This document shows positions 38,434 to 48,107 of a stretch of 64,000 nt of DNA, one piece after another (the first letter of the stretch is position 1; each line of letters begins with the position of its first letter). Origin of the DNA: Chloroflexota bacterium (lineage in GTDB: Bacteria; Chloroflexota; Anaerolineae; UBA1429); contig JAIOAW010000007.1 in assembly GCA_019873625.1 (NCBI GenBank), positions 13,596-77,595 on the forward strand, read 5' to 3'. The position numbers and the translations under genes are program-made. Under the pieces are notes generated by a model, which had not been told where the DNA came from, ran no database searches, and worked only from the letters and a program-made list of their open reading frames with translations.

Positions 38434-40086
38434 TCATTGGGCAATCGAGATATCCGTGAGCCACGGGTAAAGGCTCGCGCTAGCGCGGTACCCCTGGACG
38501 TAAGGCTTGACGAGCATCACGTTTACGCCATGGGTCAGGGGAATCCACGGGGCGTCCGCCACGATCTTTTTCTCGGCCTCGAGGTAAAGGGCCATTCGCT
38601 GGGCGGCATCCTCCTCCACGCGCGCCTTCTCTAACAGGGCATCCACCTCGGCATTGGCATAAGCCGTGTGATTCTGGGCGCTCGCGCTATGAAAGAGGAG
38701 GTCGAGAAAGTTCTGCGGGTCCGGGTAGTCGGCGATCCACCCCGCCATAAACATCTGGTAGCGGCGCTTGTTCATATCCTGCAAGAAATCGGGCCAATCC
38801 ACCTGTTCCACCGTGAGCGCAACGCCCAGGTTCTCTTCGAGCATACTCACTACAGCGCGCGTCACCGGGGGCATATGGCCGCTCGTGCCGCTGATGGCCA
38901 ACGCGATGGGCGGCAGGGCGCTCGCCGAGCCGTAGCGCGATTGGGCCAGGAGTTGCTTGGCCCGCGCCGGGTCATACGGCAAGGCGGCCGATTCCGCGCC
39001 GTGGGCCAAGGACGGCGGGAGGATGCCCCGCGCAGGTATGGCCGTGTTCTTGAGCACGAGTTGGGCGATCTTGGCCGTGTCAATGGCCTGGGCAAAGGCC
39101 TGCCGCACCAAGGGATCGTCAAACGGTGGCTGGGAGAGGTTCATCGCGAGATATTCGGTGCTCAACTCGGGCGCGAGATGGACCTCATCGTGCAGGGGAT
39201 TTTCCGGGTCGAGCACGCGCTCGACCTCGTCCGGCCCGACGGCCGCCATATCGAGTTCGTCATTCTCATACATCGTTACGGGGTCGCCGCCCCGCGTGAT
39301 AAAGGTTACGCGCGCCAGGGCTGGCTTGGCCCGATAGTAGCGCTCGTTGCGCACAAGGACGATCCGATCGCGCGAAAGGGCCTCCAGCACAAAAGGCCCC
39401 GAACCGTTCGGATGGCGCATCCAGGCCTCGCCCTCGCGCGCGATCTGCTCGCGATCCACCACAAAGGCGGTGGGGTAGGTCAATTTGGCCAAGAAATAGG
39501 CCTTGGGCGCGTCAATCCGGATGGTTACCGTATGCGCGTCGGGCGCGGCCAAACCGGCGATGTGCTCCGCTTGCCCCTCGAAATAGGCTTCCGCCCCGAC
39601 GATATCTCCCAAATAACTGAGGGCTACAGGGGAGCGCAGTTGAGGGCTGCAGGCCCGTTCCAACGAGTAAAGCACATCTTCGGCGGTGAGCGCCCGCCCA
39701 TCTGCCAAGGAGGCGTTGGGGCGCAGGGTGAACGTATAGGTCAACCCATCGGCGCTGACGGCCCATCGTTCCGCCAAATCGGGTATGAGGTTGAGGTCGC
39801 CATCGAGCGAGACGAGGCCGCTAAAGAGGTGGACGACATACTCGGCGGAGGTGCTATCCTGCACGAGGGCGGGGTCGAGCGTGGGGGGCAGGTCCCCATA
39901 GATCACCAAGGCCCCGCCCTGCGGAGAGGCCTCTTTGGGCGCCGTGGTGGGCAAAAACTCAAGCCCGCTCGTGGTGCTCCGGCTGAGGGAGCGGTAGGCA
40001 AAATAAGCGCCCCCTCCACAGAGCACCGTGAGCGAGCAGGCCCCGAGCAGGATGAGGATGAGAACGAGCCGCGTCGTCTTACTCAT
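38434..40086 (-). CDS. peptide ABC transporter substrate-binding protein (SBP family 5)
   Basis: 550 aa. N-terminal signal/TM MSKTTRLVLILILLGACSL. Family-5 SBP architecture. Confidence 0.8.
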   Translation of the reverse strand: MSKTTRLVLILILLGACSLTVLCGGGAYFAYRSLSRSTTSGLEFLPTTAPKEASPQGGALVIYGDLPPTLDPALVQDSTSAEYVVHLFSGLVSLDGDLNLIPDLAERWAVSADGLTYTFTLRPNASLADGRALTAEDVLYSLERACSPQLRSPVALSYLGDIVGAEAYFEGQAEHIAGLAAPDAHTVTIRIDAPKAYFLAKLTYPTAFVVDREQIAREGEAWMRHPNGSGPFVLEALSRDRIVLVRNERYYRAKPALARVTFITRGGDPVTMYENDELDMAAVGPDEVERVLDPENPLHDEVHLAPELSTEYLAMNLSQPPFDDPLVRQAFAQAIDTAKIAQLVLKNTAIPARGILPPSLAHGAESAALPYDPARAKQLLAQSRYGSASALPPIALAISGTSGHMPPVTRAVVSMLEENLGVALTVEQVDWPDFLQDMNKRRYQMFMAGWIADYPDPQNFLDLLFHSASAQNHTAYANAEVDALLEKARVEEDAAQRMALYLEAEKKIVADAPWIPLTHGVNVMLVKPYVQGYRASASLYPWLTDISIAQ

Positions 40087-40118
40087 AATGGTTTCGCGCC
40101 GTACCCCAGCCGTGCCGA

Positions 40119-41180
40119 TCAGGAGGTGCCGCGCATACGCGGGTCAAGGGCGTCGCGCAGGCCGTCTCCAAGGAAGTTGAAAGCGAACATTGTGATGGCC
40201 AGCATCAGGGCGGGCAGAAGGACCTGGTTCGGATACGAGCGAATGGCCCGTGCCCCCTCGGAGATCATCGCGCCCCAACTTGGCGTGGGTGGGTCCACCC
40301 CCAGGCCGATGAAACTCAGGAACACCTCCGTGCTGATGTAGCCGGGGATGCTGAGCGTGACGGTCACCAAGATCGGCCCGATGATGTTCGGCAGGATGTG
40401 GCGCGTGATGATGCGGATGTCGCTCGCGCCGATCATCCGCGAAGCCAGGATGAACTCCTTCTCTTTGAGGGAGAGGATCTGTCCTCGGGCCAAGCGGGCG
40501 ATGCCCATCCAGGCCGTGATGCCGATGCCCATAAAGATAAAGAGCATCCCGCCGCCTTCCAGGCCCAAGAAGCGGTCTACAACGTGGTTGATGCGGTTGA
40601 AGGTGTAGGCGGCCGTGCCCGGCACGTTCGCCCCGCCAAAACTCGTCTTGAAAAAGGCCATCAGAAGGATGATGAGGAGCATCGTGGGGAAGGCGTAGAC
40701 GATATCTACGATGCGCATCATAATATCATCCACCTTGCCCCCGTAATAGCCGGAGATGCTCCCATACACGAGGCCGATGATGAGTGCCGTCATCGCCCCC
40801 ACAAAGCCCACGGGCAGGGAGACGCGCGTCCCATAGATGACGCGGCTCAACAGGTCTCGCCCCAAATAGTCCGCGCCAAAGAGGTATTTGTTCCCAATTT
40901 GCGCGTAGGCGGCCATATTGCCCGGCAAAATGCGCGTCAGCCACAAGGGCACCATATAGTTATCGGCCGAATCGCCCGCCCGATAGTCATAAGGGGCGAT
41001 TTTGTCGGCAAAGATGGCCATAATGACCAAAGCGATGATGATGACGAGGCCCACGATAGCGGCCCTGTTGCGCGCCATACGGCGCAGGGCATCGGCCCAA
41101 AGGTTCGTAACCTTTTGTTCGCGCTCGGCTTCTTGCTCGCGCCCCAAAAGGCGGCGCGCGGCGGCTTCTTGTCTGGTCAT
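40119..41180 (-). CDS. oppC: peptide ABC transporter permease (OppC/DppC type)
   Basis: C-terminal binding-protein-dependent transport motif (...SFIGLGVDPPTPSWGAMISEG...). Confidence 0.8.
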   Translation of the reverse strand: MTRQEAAARRLLGREQEAEREQKVTNLWADALRRMARNRAAIVGLVIIIALVIMAIFADKIAPYDYRAGDSADNYMVPLWLTRILPGNMAAYAQIGNKYLFGADYLGRDLLSRVIYGTRVSLPVGFVGAMTALIIGLVYGSISGYYGGKVDDIMMRIVDIVYAFPTMLLIILLMAFFKTSFGGANVPGTAAYTFNRINHVVDRFLGLEGGGMLFIFMGIGITAWMGIARLARGQILSLKEKEFILASRMIGASDIRIITRHILPNIIGPILVTVTLSIPGYISTEVFLSFIGLGVDPPTPSWGAMISEGARAIRSYPNQVLLPALMLAITMFAFNFLGDGLRDALDPRMRGTS

Positions 41181-41205
41181 ACGCTGTGCTCCTCTAGGCG
41201 GTCAA

Positions 41206-42168
41206 TCACTCGTAATGGATGCGCGGGTCGAGATAGGCATAGGTGATATCCACGATCAGGTTCGCGATCACCAAAAAGACGGCATACAGGAGCGTCGTGC
41301 CCATCACGACGGGATAGTCTCGGTTGGTGATGCTCGTGATGAAATACTTGCCCATCCCTGGGATGGCAAAGATCTGTTCCACCACAAAGGTGCCCGTGAG
41401 AAGGGCGGCGAACATCGGCCCGAGGATGGTCGCCACCGGGATAAAAGCGTTCTTGAGGGCGTGGCGGATGATCACGACGCGCTCCGCCAGGCCCTTGGCG
41501 CGCGCCGTGCGGATGTAATCCTCCCGGATGACCTGGAGCATACTCGCCCGGGTGAGCCGCGCGATGAGGGCCGACGAGTTGAGGCCAAGGGCAAAGGCCG
41601 GCATCACCATCTGCGCGGGGGTGCCCCAGCCGGCCACCGGGAACCAGCCCAACGTCAGGGCAAAGATGAGGATAAAGATCGGCCCCAAGACGATGTTCGG
41701 CACCGATACGCCAAAGATGGCGATGGCCATGCTGAAATAATCCCAAAACGAGTTCTGCTTGAGGGCGGCGATGATGCCCAAAGGCACGCCCATCCCCACG
41801 GCGATGCACAGCGCCCAAAAGCCCAATTGCGCTGAGACGGGCAGATGGGCACGAAAGATGTCGTTCACCGTGCGGCTGCGCGAGGAATACGACGGCCCGA
41901 ACTTGAACTGCAACACCCCGGCGTACTCGCCGCTGGGGTTGCGGGTGAGGCCGATCCAATCCGTGTATTGCTTCCACAGGGGCTGGTCAAGGCCGTAGTA
42001 GCGGTTCAGGTTGGCTTTGATTTCGGCCGGCAAGGGCTTTTCGCGGTCGAACGGCCCACCCGGCACGGCATGGGCCAAGGCAAACGTAACGAGCGAGATG
42101 AAAATGAGCACGGGGATCATACTCAAAATGCGGCGGATGATATACCTCGTCATCGGCGTATATCTCAC
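41206..42168 (-). CDS. oppB: peptide ABC transporter permease (OppB/DppB type)
   Basis: N-terminus MRYTPMTRYIIRRILSMIPVLIFISLVTFAL is typical of OppB. 320 aa. Confidence 0.8.
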   Translation of the reverse strand: MRYTPMTRYIIRRILSMIPVLIFISLVTFALAHAVPGGPFDREKPLPAEIKANLNRYYGLDQPLWKQYTDWIGLTRNPSGEYAGVLQFKFGPSYSSRSRTVNDIFRAHLPVSAQLGFWALCIAVGMGVPLGIIAALKQNSFWDYFSMAIAIFGVSVPNIVLGPIFILIFALTLGWFPVAGWGTPAQMVMPAFALGLNSSALIARLTRASMLQVIREDYIRTARAKGLAERVVIIRHALKNAFIPVATILGPMFAALLTGTFVVEQIFAIPGMGKYFITSITNRDYPVVMGTTLLYAVFLVIANLIVDITYAYLDPRIHYE

Positions 42169-42347
42169 CTTCCTCTAGGCATAATAGGAACGTAAAGGCT
42201 ATTGGGCGTTTGGCGCATTATAGCACAACTTTTACTCTCTACATAAAGCGGCTATGGAGCCTATGAAGGCCCGCTCTTCGCCTCCCGTATAAGGGCGGAG
42301 GTCGGCAAGGATTTCCTTTTGCCATACCCCCGACCTTGCCTAAAAGG

Positions 42348-42388
42348 CCCCGAAAAAGCAGGCCACGTAGCCGCCAGGCTACGTGGCC
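42348..42388 (-). terminator. intra-operon terminator/attenuator hairpin downstream of the first SBP gene
   Basis: Perfect 11-bp stem GGCCACGTAGC/GCTACGTGGCC (42361-42388), followed on the minus strand by TGCTTTTTCGGGG. Confidence 0.45.
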
Positions 42389-42412
42389 TGTAAGAGGGCC
42401 GCTCTTTAGGGC

Positions 42413-44056
42413 CTATTTCGTGATCTTCCACTTATCCCAGTGCTCGCCGCCCAACGGCGCATAGGTGCGCTGGACGTACGGCTTGGTCACCACGACGCGG
42501 GTGTAGTAGTAGATCGGGGCGATGATGGCCTGCTCTTCGACCAGGATCTTTTCGGCCTCAAAGTAGAGCCGAGCGCGCTCTTTCGGGTCGGAGGCCGCAG
42601 CGGCATCCTCGACGGCCTTCATAAAGCGCTGCGCAGCCGGGTCGTCGGGGCTCCACTTGGGGTTGTTCGAGCCTTTGGTGGGATGGAAGTTCTCCAGCAC
42701 CCAGTTGTTCTCGTCAGGATAGTCCGCGCACCAACCGAGGCGGTAGATTTGCGGAGCATCCGTGTTGACCGTCTGGAGGTAAACCTTCCACTCCTGGTTG
42801 GCCAGTTTGACGTCAATCCCCAGGGTTTCCTTCCAGCCCCGCTGGATGAACTCGGCGATGCGCTGATGGCCCTCGCTCGTGTTGAACATCAGCGTGATCT
42901 CGGGCGTGCCCGTGTAGCCGGATTCGGCGAGCAACTGCTTGGCCTTCGCCGGATCATACGAGACGCCGACAAAGTTCGGGTCATCGGCCGGGCTGCCAAA
43001 GATGCCGGGGCAGGCGAACGTCTTAGCCGGGCGCTGGCCACCCTTGAGCACCGTGTCAACCAACTTCTGGCGGTCAATGGCGTAAGAAAGCGCCAGGCGC
43101 AGTTTGACGTTATCCATCGGCGGCTTGGAGACGTTGAACCCGTAGTAATAGGTGCAGAGGTACGGCGCGATGTAGAGTTCCTTAGAAAGGACGGGATCGG
43201 ACTTGACGCGCTCCATCTCCGTGGAGGGAACGCCCACCACATCCAACTCGCCGTTCTCGTACATCGCAAAGGCCGTGGATTCCTCCACCACCATCACGGC
43301 CTCGACGCGGTCAATATCCACGTTCTTGGCATTCACGTAGTAGGGGTTCTTGACGAAGACCATCTTGCTCTCATGCTCCCAGGTCTCGAGCATATAGGGG
43401 CCGTTCGTCCAGATGTTCCCCGGTTCGGTCCACTTGTCGCCAAACTGTTCGATGGGCTGGCGCGGCTGGGGGCGGTTCACCCACATCCCCGCGATGCCCG
43501 GGAAGTAACCGGCGGGCTGCTCGAGGGTGAACTCGACGGTGTAGTCATCCACCGCGCGAACGCCGAGGCTGTTCAAATCCGTGTTCTTGCCGGTGTTGAT
43601 GGCTTCCGCGTTCTTGATGATATAGTCTACATAGGCATAGTCGGAGGCCGTCGCGGGGTCCACCGTGCGGCGCACACCGTAGACGATATCATGCGCGGTC
43701 ACCTTCCCCTTCTTTTCCACCTTTTTCTTCACGGGGTCATAGTGCACCCACTCGACGTCCTTGCGCATCTTGAAGGTCCACACCAGGCCATCTGGCGAGA
43801 CGCTCCACTCGGTGGCGAGTTCCGGGATGACCTCGACCGTCTTGTCGTCGAAATCGGTGAGGCCCAGGAAGAGCACCTCGTCGCACTGGACGGAGGTCGT
43901 ATCCGTGGCCAGGGCGGGGTCCAGCGTGGGGGGTTCGGTGCCCAAGTTCACACGGAGCACCTTGCCGCCCCCCTTGGCACCGGCGCACCCGCTCAAAATG
44001 GTGGCAACCGCAATGACGATCGCCACAACCCAGTACATACGTTTCTTACTCAGCAT
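42413..44056 (-). CDS. peptide ABC transporter substrate-binding lipoprotein (SBP family 5), second SBP of the operon
   Basis: MLSKKRMYWVVAIVIAVATILSGCAG is a lipobox. 547 aa of family-5 SBP. Confidence 0.8.
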   Translation of the reverse strand: MLSKKRMYWVVAIVIAVATILSGCAGAKGGGKVLRVNLGTEPPTLDPALATDTTSVQCDEVLFLGLTDFDDKTVEVIPELATEWSVSPDGLVWTFKMRKDVEWVHYDPVKKKVEKKGKVTAHDIVYGVRRTVDPATASDYAYVDYIIKNAEAINTGKNTDLNSLGVRAVDDYTVEFTLEQPAGYFPGIAGMWVNRPQPRQPIEQFGDKWTEPGNIWTNGPYMLETWEHESKMVFVKNPYYVNAKNVDIDRVEAVMVVEESTAFAMYENGELDVVGVPSTEMERVKSDPVLSKELYIAPYLCTYYYGFNVSKPPMDNVKLRLALSYAIDRQKLVDTVLKGGQRPAKTFACPGIFGSPADDPNFVGVSYDPAKAKQLLAESGYTGTPEITLMFNTSEGHQRIAEFIQRGWKETLGIDVKLANQEWKVYLQTVNTDAPQIYRLGWCADYPDENNWVLENFHPTKGSNNPKWSPDDPAAQRFMKAVEDAAAASDPKERARLYFEAEKILVEEQAIIAPIYYYTRVVVTKPYVQRTYAPLGGEHWDKWKITK

Positions 44057-44228
44057 CTTTCCTCCTCAAAAAATGTTAGAGCGTAAAACCGGCTTGCCGA
44101 ACATCGTTTCCGTCGTTGCGTTGCCACCTCCTTGTGTTGAGAATCCTGAGCCTATACCCTTGCCCGTATAAGCCCAGATTATACCCATCCCAAAATGCTT
44201 CGCAAGTCCACCCGACAGGAATTCCCCC

Positions 44229-45002
44229 CTAATCTGGGATGATCAACTGCTGGCCGGCGTAGATGAGGTTGCGGTTCGTCAAGCCATTGGCTTGCATCAA
44301 ATCCTCAACCGTGAGGCCATAGAGCGCGGCGATGGACGAAAGGTTTTCGCCGTAGCGCACCGTATGCGTGCGCGCGCGACCGCCTGGCCCCACGGGCACA
44401 AGGAGGGCCGTGCCGCGCACGAGATGATTCGGGTCGCGTATGGAAGGGTTCCATGCGAGGATCTCCTCGACCGTCGTATGGTAGAGGCGCGCAATTTGAT
44501 ATAACGTCTCACCCGGGCCTACGATGTGAGAGACGGTTTTGATGTTCGACGTGCCGGGCCTAGCGGCCGGTGTGGCGGGGGCGGGTGTAGGCGTCGGCAC
44601 CAGGAGGGGCGCCGCCGTGGCCGTGGGTTGCATCGTCGGAGAGGGCGCTGCGGCGGCGAGAACGGCTGGCGTAGGCGGGATGGGCGCAGGCGTAAACGCC
44701 TTTTGAGGTGCGGAGGTTGGGGTGGGCGATGAAACGGCTTGGGCCTTGGGGGACACCGAGGAGGGGCTTGGCGAGGGGGAGGGCATACTCACCGTAGGGA
44801 CGCCCGCAAAGGGAGGGCGTTCCCGCCGGGGCTTGGAGCGCGTGCACGCGGCTAAGCCGATGAGCGCCAAGGTGCACAAGGCGATGCGTAGGGCCCTTTG
44901 ACTCGCGCTGGCCATGCCACCCTTTCTCAGCCATGAATTCGCCGCACTGCGTACATCGCACACGATTGTATACATCATAACACACAAACAAGAAAAGGTC
45001 AA
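44229..45002 (-). CDS. LysM-domain peptidoglycan-binding (lipo)protein
   Basis: Two C-terminal LysM repeats (GETLYQIARLYHTTVEEILAWN...; GENLSSIAALYGLTVEDLMQAN...). A PAT-rich linker precedes them. The likely real start is the ATG near 44915 (MASASQRALRIALCTLALIGLAAC, a lipobox). The track start is TTG. Confidence 0.65.
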   Translation of the reverse strand: MTFSCLCVMMYTIVCDVRSAANSWLRKGGMASASQRALRIALCTLALIGLAACTRSKPRRERPPFAGVPTVSMPSPSPSPSSVSPKAQAVSSPTPTSAPQKAFTPAPIPPTPAVLAAAAPSPTMQPTATAAPLLVPTPTPAPATPAARPGTSNIKTVSHIVGPGETLYQIARLYHTTVEEILAWNPSIRDPNHLVRGTALLVPVGPGGRARTHTVRYGENLSSIAALYGLTVEDLMQANGLTNRNLIYAGQQLIIPD

Positions 45003-45175
45003 AGTCTTTTGAAGGAATACGCGCTTGAACGATTTTAGAACGCCACAAGGAGCGTTTCCTCATCCCCTTTGCCGAGGGTGTTCGGTGGGGAGGTCGGCGA
45101 TCCTGATTTCACTCTCGCCCGCCCCCATTTCCCCGAGCGATTCAATCCCCCAATGCGCAGGCGCCGAATGATGCT

Positions 45176-45901
45176 CTAGAAGGGGCTTGCTCTATCCGTA
45201 TCGAGCGCGGCGCGCGCCAAAGTCAACCCCCACACGGCGGCTGCCCCTGCCGCTTTGAGCGGCGCAGCGCAGGCCTCTAACGTGGCCCCCGTCGTTAGGA
45301 CGTCATCCACCAAGAGGATGCGCGCGCCTTCCGGGATGGCGTGCAGGGGGGCGAAGGCACCCTCCATATTCAGCCGGCGTTCCTCACGAGACTTGCCTAC
45401 CTGCGGGGGCGTGTCTCGGCAGCGCACGAGGAGGTCGGCACAGTACGGCAACCCAAGGCGCTCAGCCAGGGCGCGCGCCAGCAGGGCTGACTGGTTGTAG
45501 CCGCGGCGCCTTTCGCGCCGTTTATGAAGCGGCACAGGAGCGACGAGATTTACATTCAGCGGGTGAGCGCGAGAGTATTCTGCGAGGAGGTTTGACAAAG
45601 GTTCGACCAGCACCCATAGCCCCTCGTACTTGAGCGCCCAGATGGCCTTTTGCAGCGGCCCAGCATATAGGCCAAAGGAGCGGATGCCTTCGAGCGAGGA
45701 GGCGCTCTGCGCGCAGTGGCGGCAGAGGCGCTCCGAGCGTTGGGGTTCGCCGCAGTGCGGGCAAATGGGCGGCACAATACGGGGCAAAGCCTCGAGGCAA
45801 GCCGCGCACAACCAGGCCCCTCGCGCGCCGCACGCGGCGCAATGCGGCGGGAAGAGCCAATCCCAAAAGATCTGCCATGTGATGCGAAAGGGCTTGCTCA
45901 T
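45176..45901 (-). CDS. comF: ComF-family protein (double zinc ribbon plus phosphoribosyltransferase domain)
   Basis: N-terminal CxxC x4 (CAACGARG...CAAC...CPHCGEP...CRHC) and the C-terminal PRTase motif ILLVDDVLTTGATL. Confidence 0.7.
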   Translation of the reverse strand: MSKPFRITWQIFWDWLFPPHCAACGARGAWLCAACLEALPRIVPPICPHCGEPQRSERLCRHCAQSASSLEGIRSFGLYAGPLQKAIWALKYEGLWVLVEPLSNLLAEYSRAHPLNVNLVAPVPLHKRRERRRGYNQSALLARALAERLGLPYCADLLVRCRDTPPQVGKSREERRLNMEGAFAPLHAIPEGARILLVDDVLTTGATLEACAAPLKAAGAAAVWGLTLARAALDTDRASPF

Positions 45902-45967
45902 ATGCAGGCTATTCTAACCGAGAAGGCCGGACTGGGCTAGCATTCCTTCTTGCCGGGCGGAGGGGCG

Positions 45968-45996
45968 TTGACAGGGCCTTCTCACTGCGCTACATT
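45968..45996 (+). promoter_or_regulatory. sigma-70-like promoter (TTGACA-17-TACATT) for the adenylate-forming enzyme / flavodoxin / plsY unit
   Basis: TTGACA at 45968-45973, a 17-nt spacer, then TACATT at 45991-45996. The ATG at 46017 is preceded by AAAGAGGG. Confidence 0.4.
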
Positions 45997-46016
45997 GAGA
46001 CCTAAAGAGGGAGCGT

Positions 46017-47603
46017 ATGACCGTCGTTCACGATGTGCGGATGATGGGGCGCTACTTGAGGAGTTTGCGCGAGTTCTGGCAGGCGCCGCCGAATTGGCAC
46101 GATGCGGAGGGCACCATCCAAATATGGTTAGCCGAACGGCAAGGTGCCTTCGAGCGGATGCTGCGCTTGCATATCTTTGGGAATCCCTCCAGCCCATATT
46201 GGCGCCTGATGGAGATGGCTGGGCTGACGGAAGAGCGCGTCTGCAAGATGATCCGCGATGGCGGCATCGAGGGGTGTCTGCGGCAGCTGTACGAGGCGGG
46301 GGTTTATGTGACGCTGGACGAGTTCAAAGGGCGGCGCCCCATCCAGCGAGCGCGATTGGAGATGCCCGTAACGCCCGAGGCGTTCAATGTGGCGACCGCA
46401 GGCACACAACTGACGTCTCACACGGGCGGCTCGCGGTCGCGCGGCACGGCCACGCCCCTCGATGTGCTCGACTTGATGTACGAACTGCCTCCGCGCTACC
46501 TGTTCTTGCGCGCCTATGGCTTGGAAGATAAGCCCTTTGCCCTTTGGAGGCCGGCACCGCCTGGAGCAGCGGGGTTGCGCGGGGCATTGCGCAACATCAA
46601 GATTGGCCAGCAGGCGGTGCGCTGGTTCACTCCAACGCGCCCGGGGTTTTCTTCCGCCTCGGGCAAAAGCGCCTTCGTCACGGCGGCGACGGTGCTCGGC
46701 TCCGCCGTGATGGGTCAACACATCCCCTGGCCCGAATATGTGCCGATGGATCGCGCCGAGGTGATTGCAAAATGGTTGGCGGAAGAAAAGGCGCGGGGGC
46801 GCTTACTCCACCTCGATACGATGACGAGCGGCGCAGTGTTCATAGCCCAAGCGGCGAAACGCTTGGGGTTGGATATCCGCGGCCATACGGTGCGCGTAGG
46901 CGGCGAACCCCTTACGGAGGCCAAAGCGGCGCTCTTTGATGAAGTAGGGCTTCGCTATGCTTCACAGTACGCCATTGCCGAGACGGGGGCCATCGGTTAC
47001 TCTTGCGGTTATGCGGCCGTGCCCGATGATGTGCACATCCATACTTATCGCGTAGCGATCATCCAAGAACCGAAAACCCTGCCCGGCTGGCCGGAACCGA
47101 TCGGCGCGCTCTTCTTGACTTTCTTTTCGCCACGGATGACCAAAGTGATGCTGAATGTAGAACTGGGCGATTATGCCACGATGGAGGTTCGCGAGTGCGG
47201 CTGCCCTTTGGGCGCGGCTGGGCTGAACGTCCATCTCCACACCATCCGCAGTTATGAGAAGTTGACCTCCGTGGGGATGCACTTTATGGGGGCGGATCTC
47301 CTTGACCTTTTGGAATCTGCTCTGCCACAGCGCTTCGGGGGCGGGCCGGGAGATTATCAATTCGTCGAGACAGAAGAGGGCGGGCGAACGATCCTCAAAT
47401 TGGTGGCCTCGCCAGGGGTTGGGCCACTTGAGGAAAAGGAAGTCATCGCTTTCGTGTTGCGCGAACTCGAACGGCGGACGAAATCGGGGCGGATGATGAC
47501 GGATATCTGGCGAGATAGCCGCCTACTCCGCCTAGAGCGCGCTCAACCGCGTACGACGCGGGCGGCCAAGGTTCAGCCGCTCCACGTCGAGCGTAGATCA
47601 TAG
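46017..47603 (+). CDS. adenylate-forming enzyme, phenylacetate-CoA ligase (PaaK)/CapK/F390-synthetase-like family; substrate unknown
   Basis: 528 aa. P-loop-like motif LTSHTGGSRSRGT where PaaK has SSGTTGKP. The central segment ETGAIGYSCGY and the C-terminal small domain are collinear with PaaK. Family assignment is by motif recall only. Confidence 0.45.
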   Translation: MTVVHDVRMMGRYLRSLREFWQAPPNWHDAEGTIQIWLAERQGAFERMLRLHIFGNPSSPYWRLMEMAGLTEERVCKMIRDGGIEGCLRQLYEAGVYVTLDEFKGRRPIQRARLEMPVTPEAFNVATAGTQLTSHTGGSRSRGTATPLDVLDLMYELPPRYLFLRAYGLEDKPFALWRPAPPGAAGLRGALRNIKIGQQAVRWFTPTRPGFSSASGKSAFVTAATVLGSAVMGQHIPWPEYVPMDRAEVIAKWLAEEKARGRLLHLDTMTSGAVFIAQAAKRLGLDIRGHTVRVGGEPLTEAKAALFDEVGLRYASQYAIAETGAIGYSCGYAAVPDDVHIHTYRVAIIQEPKTLPGWPEPIGALFLTFFSPRMTKVMLNVELGDYATMEVRECGCPLGAAGLNVHLHTIRSYEKLTSVGMHFMGADLLDLLESALPQRFGGGPGDYQFVETEEGGRTILKLVASPGVGPLEEKEVIAFVLRELERRTKSGRMMTDIWRDSRLLRLERAQPRTTRAAKVQPLHVERRS

Positions 47604-47622
47604 GTGAGGCAAAGGAGGAACG

Positions 47623-48078
47623 ATGGCGAAGGTATTGGTGTTGTATCATTCGCAAGAGCACGGCAACACGGGGTTGATGGCCCAGGCCGTGGCCGAGGGC
47701 CTGCGCGAGGCGGGGTGCGAGGTTGCATTGTGGAACACGAACGACGGCCGCTTCGATGCAGCCTCCTTCGCCCAGTACGATGGCGCGGCCTTTGGCTCGC
47801 CGGACTATTATTCCTACATCGCCGGCGGCCTCAAGATGTTCCTGGACGATCATTTCATCCTTTCCGTGCGTCAGGGGATGCCCGGCCTCACGGGCAAGCC
47901 CTATGCCCTCTTTTGTTCGCACGGGCGGGGCGGCCGCGTGAAAGAGGTGATGCCGAACCTGTTCCGAAGGATCGGCACACAGGTGGGCGACCTGGTGGCC
48001 TCGCAGGGGCGGCCCAGCGAACAAACCCTCGAGCAGTGCCGTGCCTTGGGGCGCGCCTTGGCCGCGGCGGCGCGCTAA
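47623..48078 (+). CDS. flavodoxin-like fold protein (NAD(P)H-dependent FMN reductase / flavodoxin family)
   Basis: MAKVLVLYHSQEHGNTGLMAQAVAEGL. 151 aa. RBS AAAGGAGG. Starts 20 nt after the upstream gene. Confidence 0.6.
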   Translation: MAKVLVLYHSQEHGNTGLMAQAVAEGLREAGCEVALWNTNDGRFDAASFAQYDGAAFGSPDYYSYIAGGLKMFLDDHFILSVRQGMPGLTGKPYALFCSHGRGGRVKEVMPNLFRRIGTQVGDLVASQGRPSEQTLEQCRALGRALAAAAR

Positions 48079-48107
48079 AGAGGGGCATTCCTGGCTGAGG
48101 GGTGGGT

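Noticed and set aside
44860-45070. One-nucleotide coordinate disagreement between the printed sequence and the ORF track (an extra G at the 44880/44881 line junction relative to the translated ORFs 44229-45002 and 44560-45063)
   Set aside because: The agreement is restored by 45176. I could not localise a compensating difference, and it may be a counting slip of mine. It does not change any gene call, but it means the LysM internal start (about 44915) is given +/-1.
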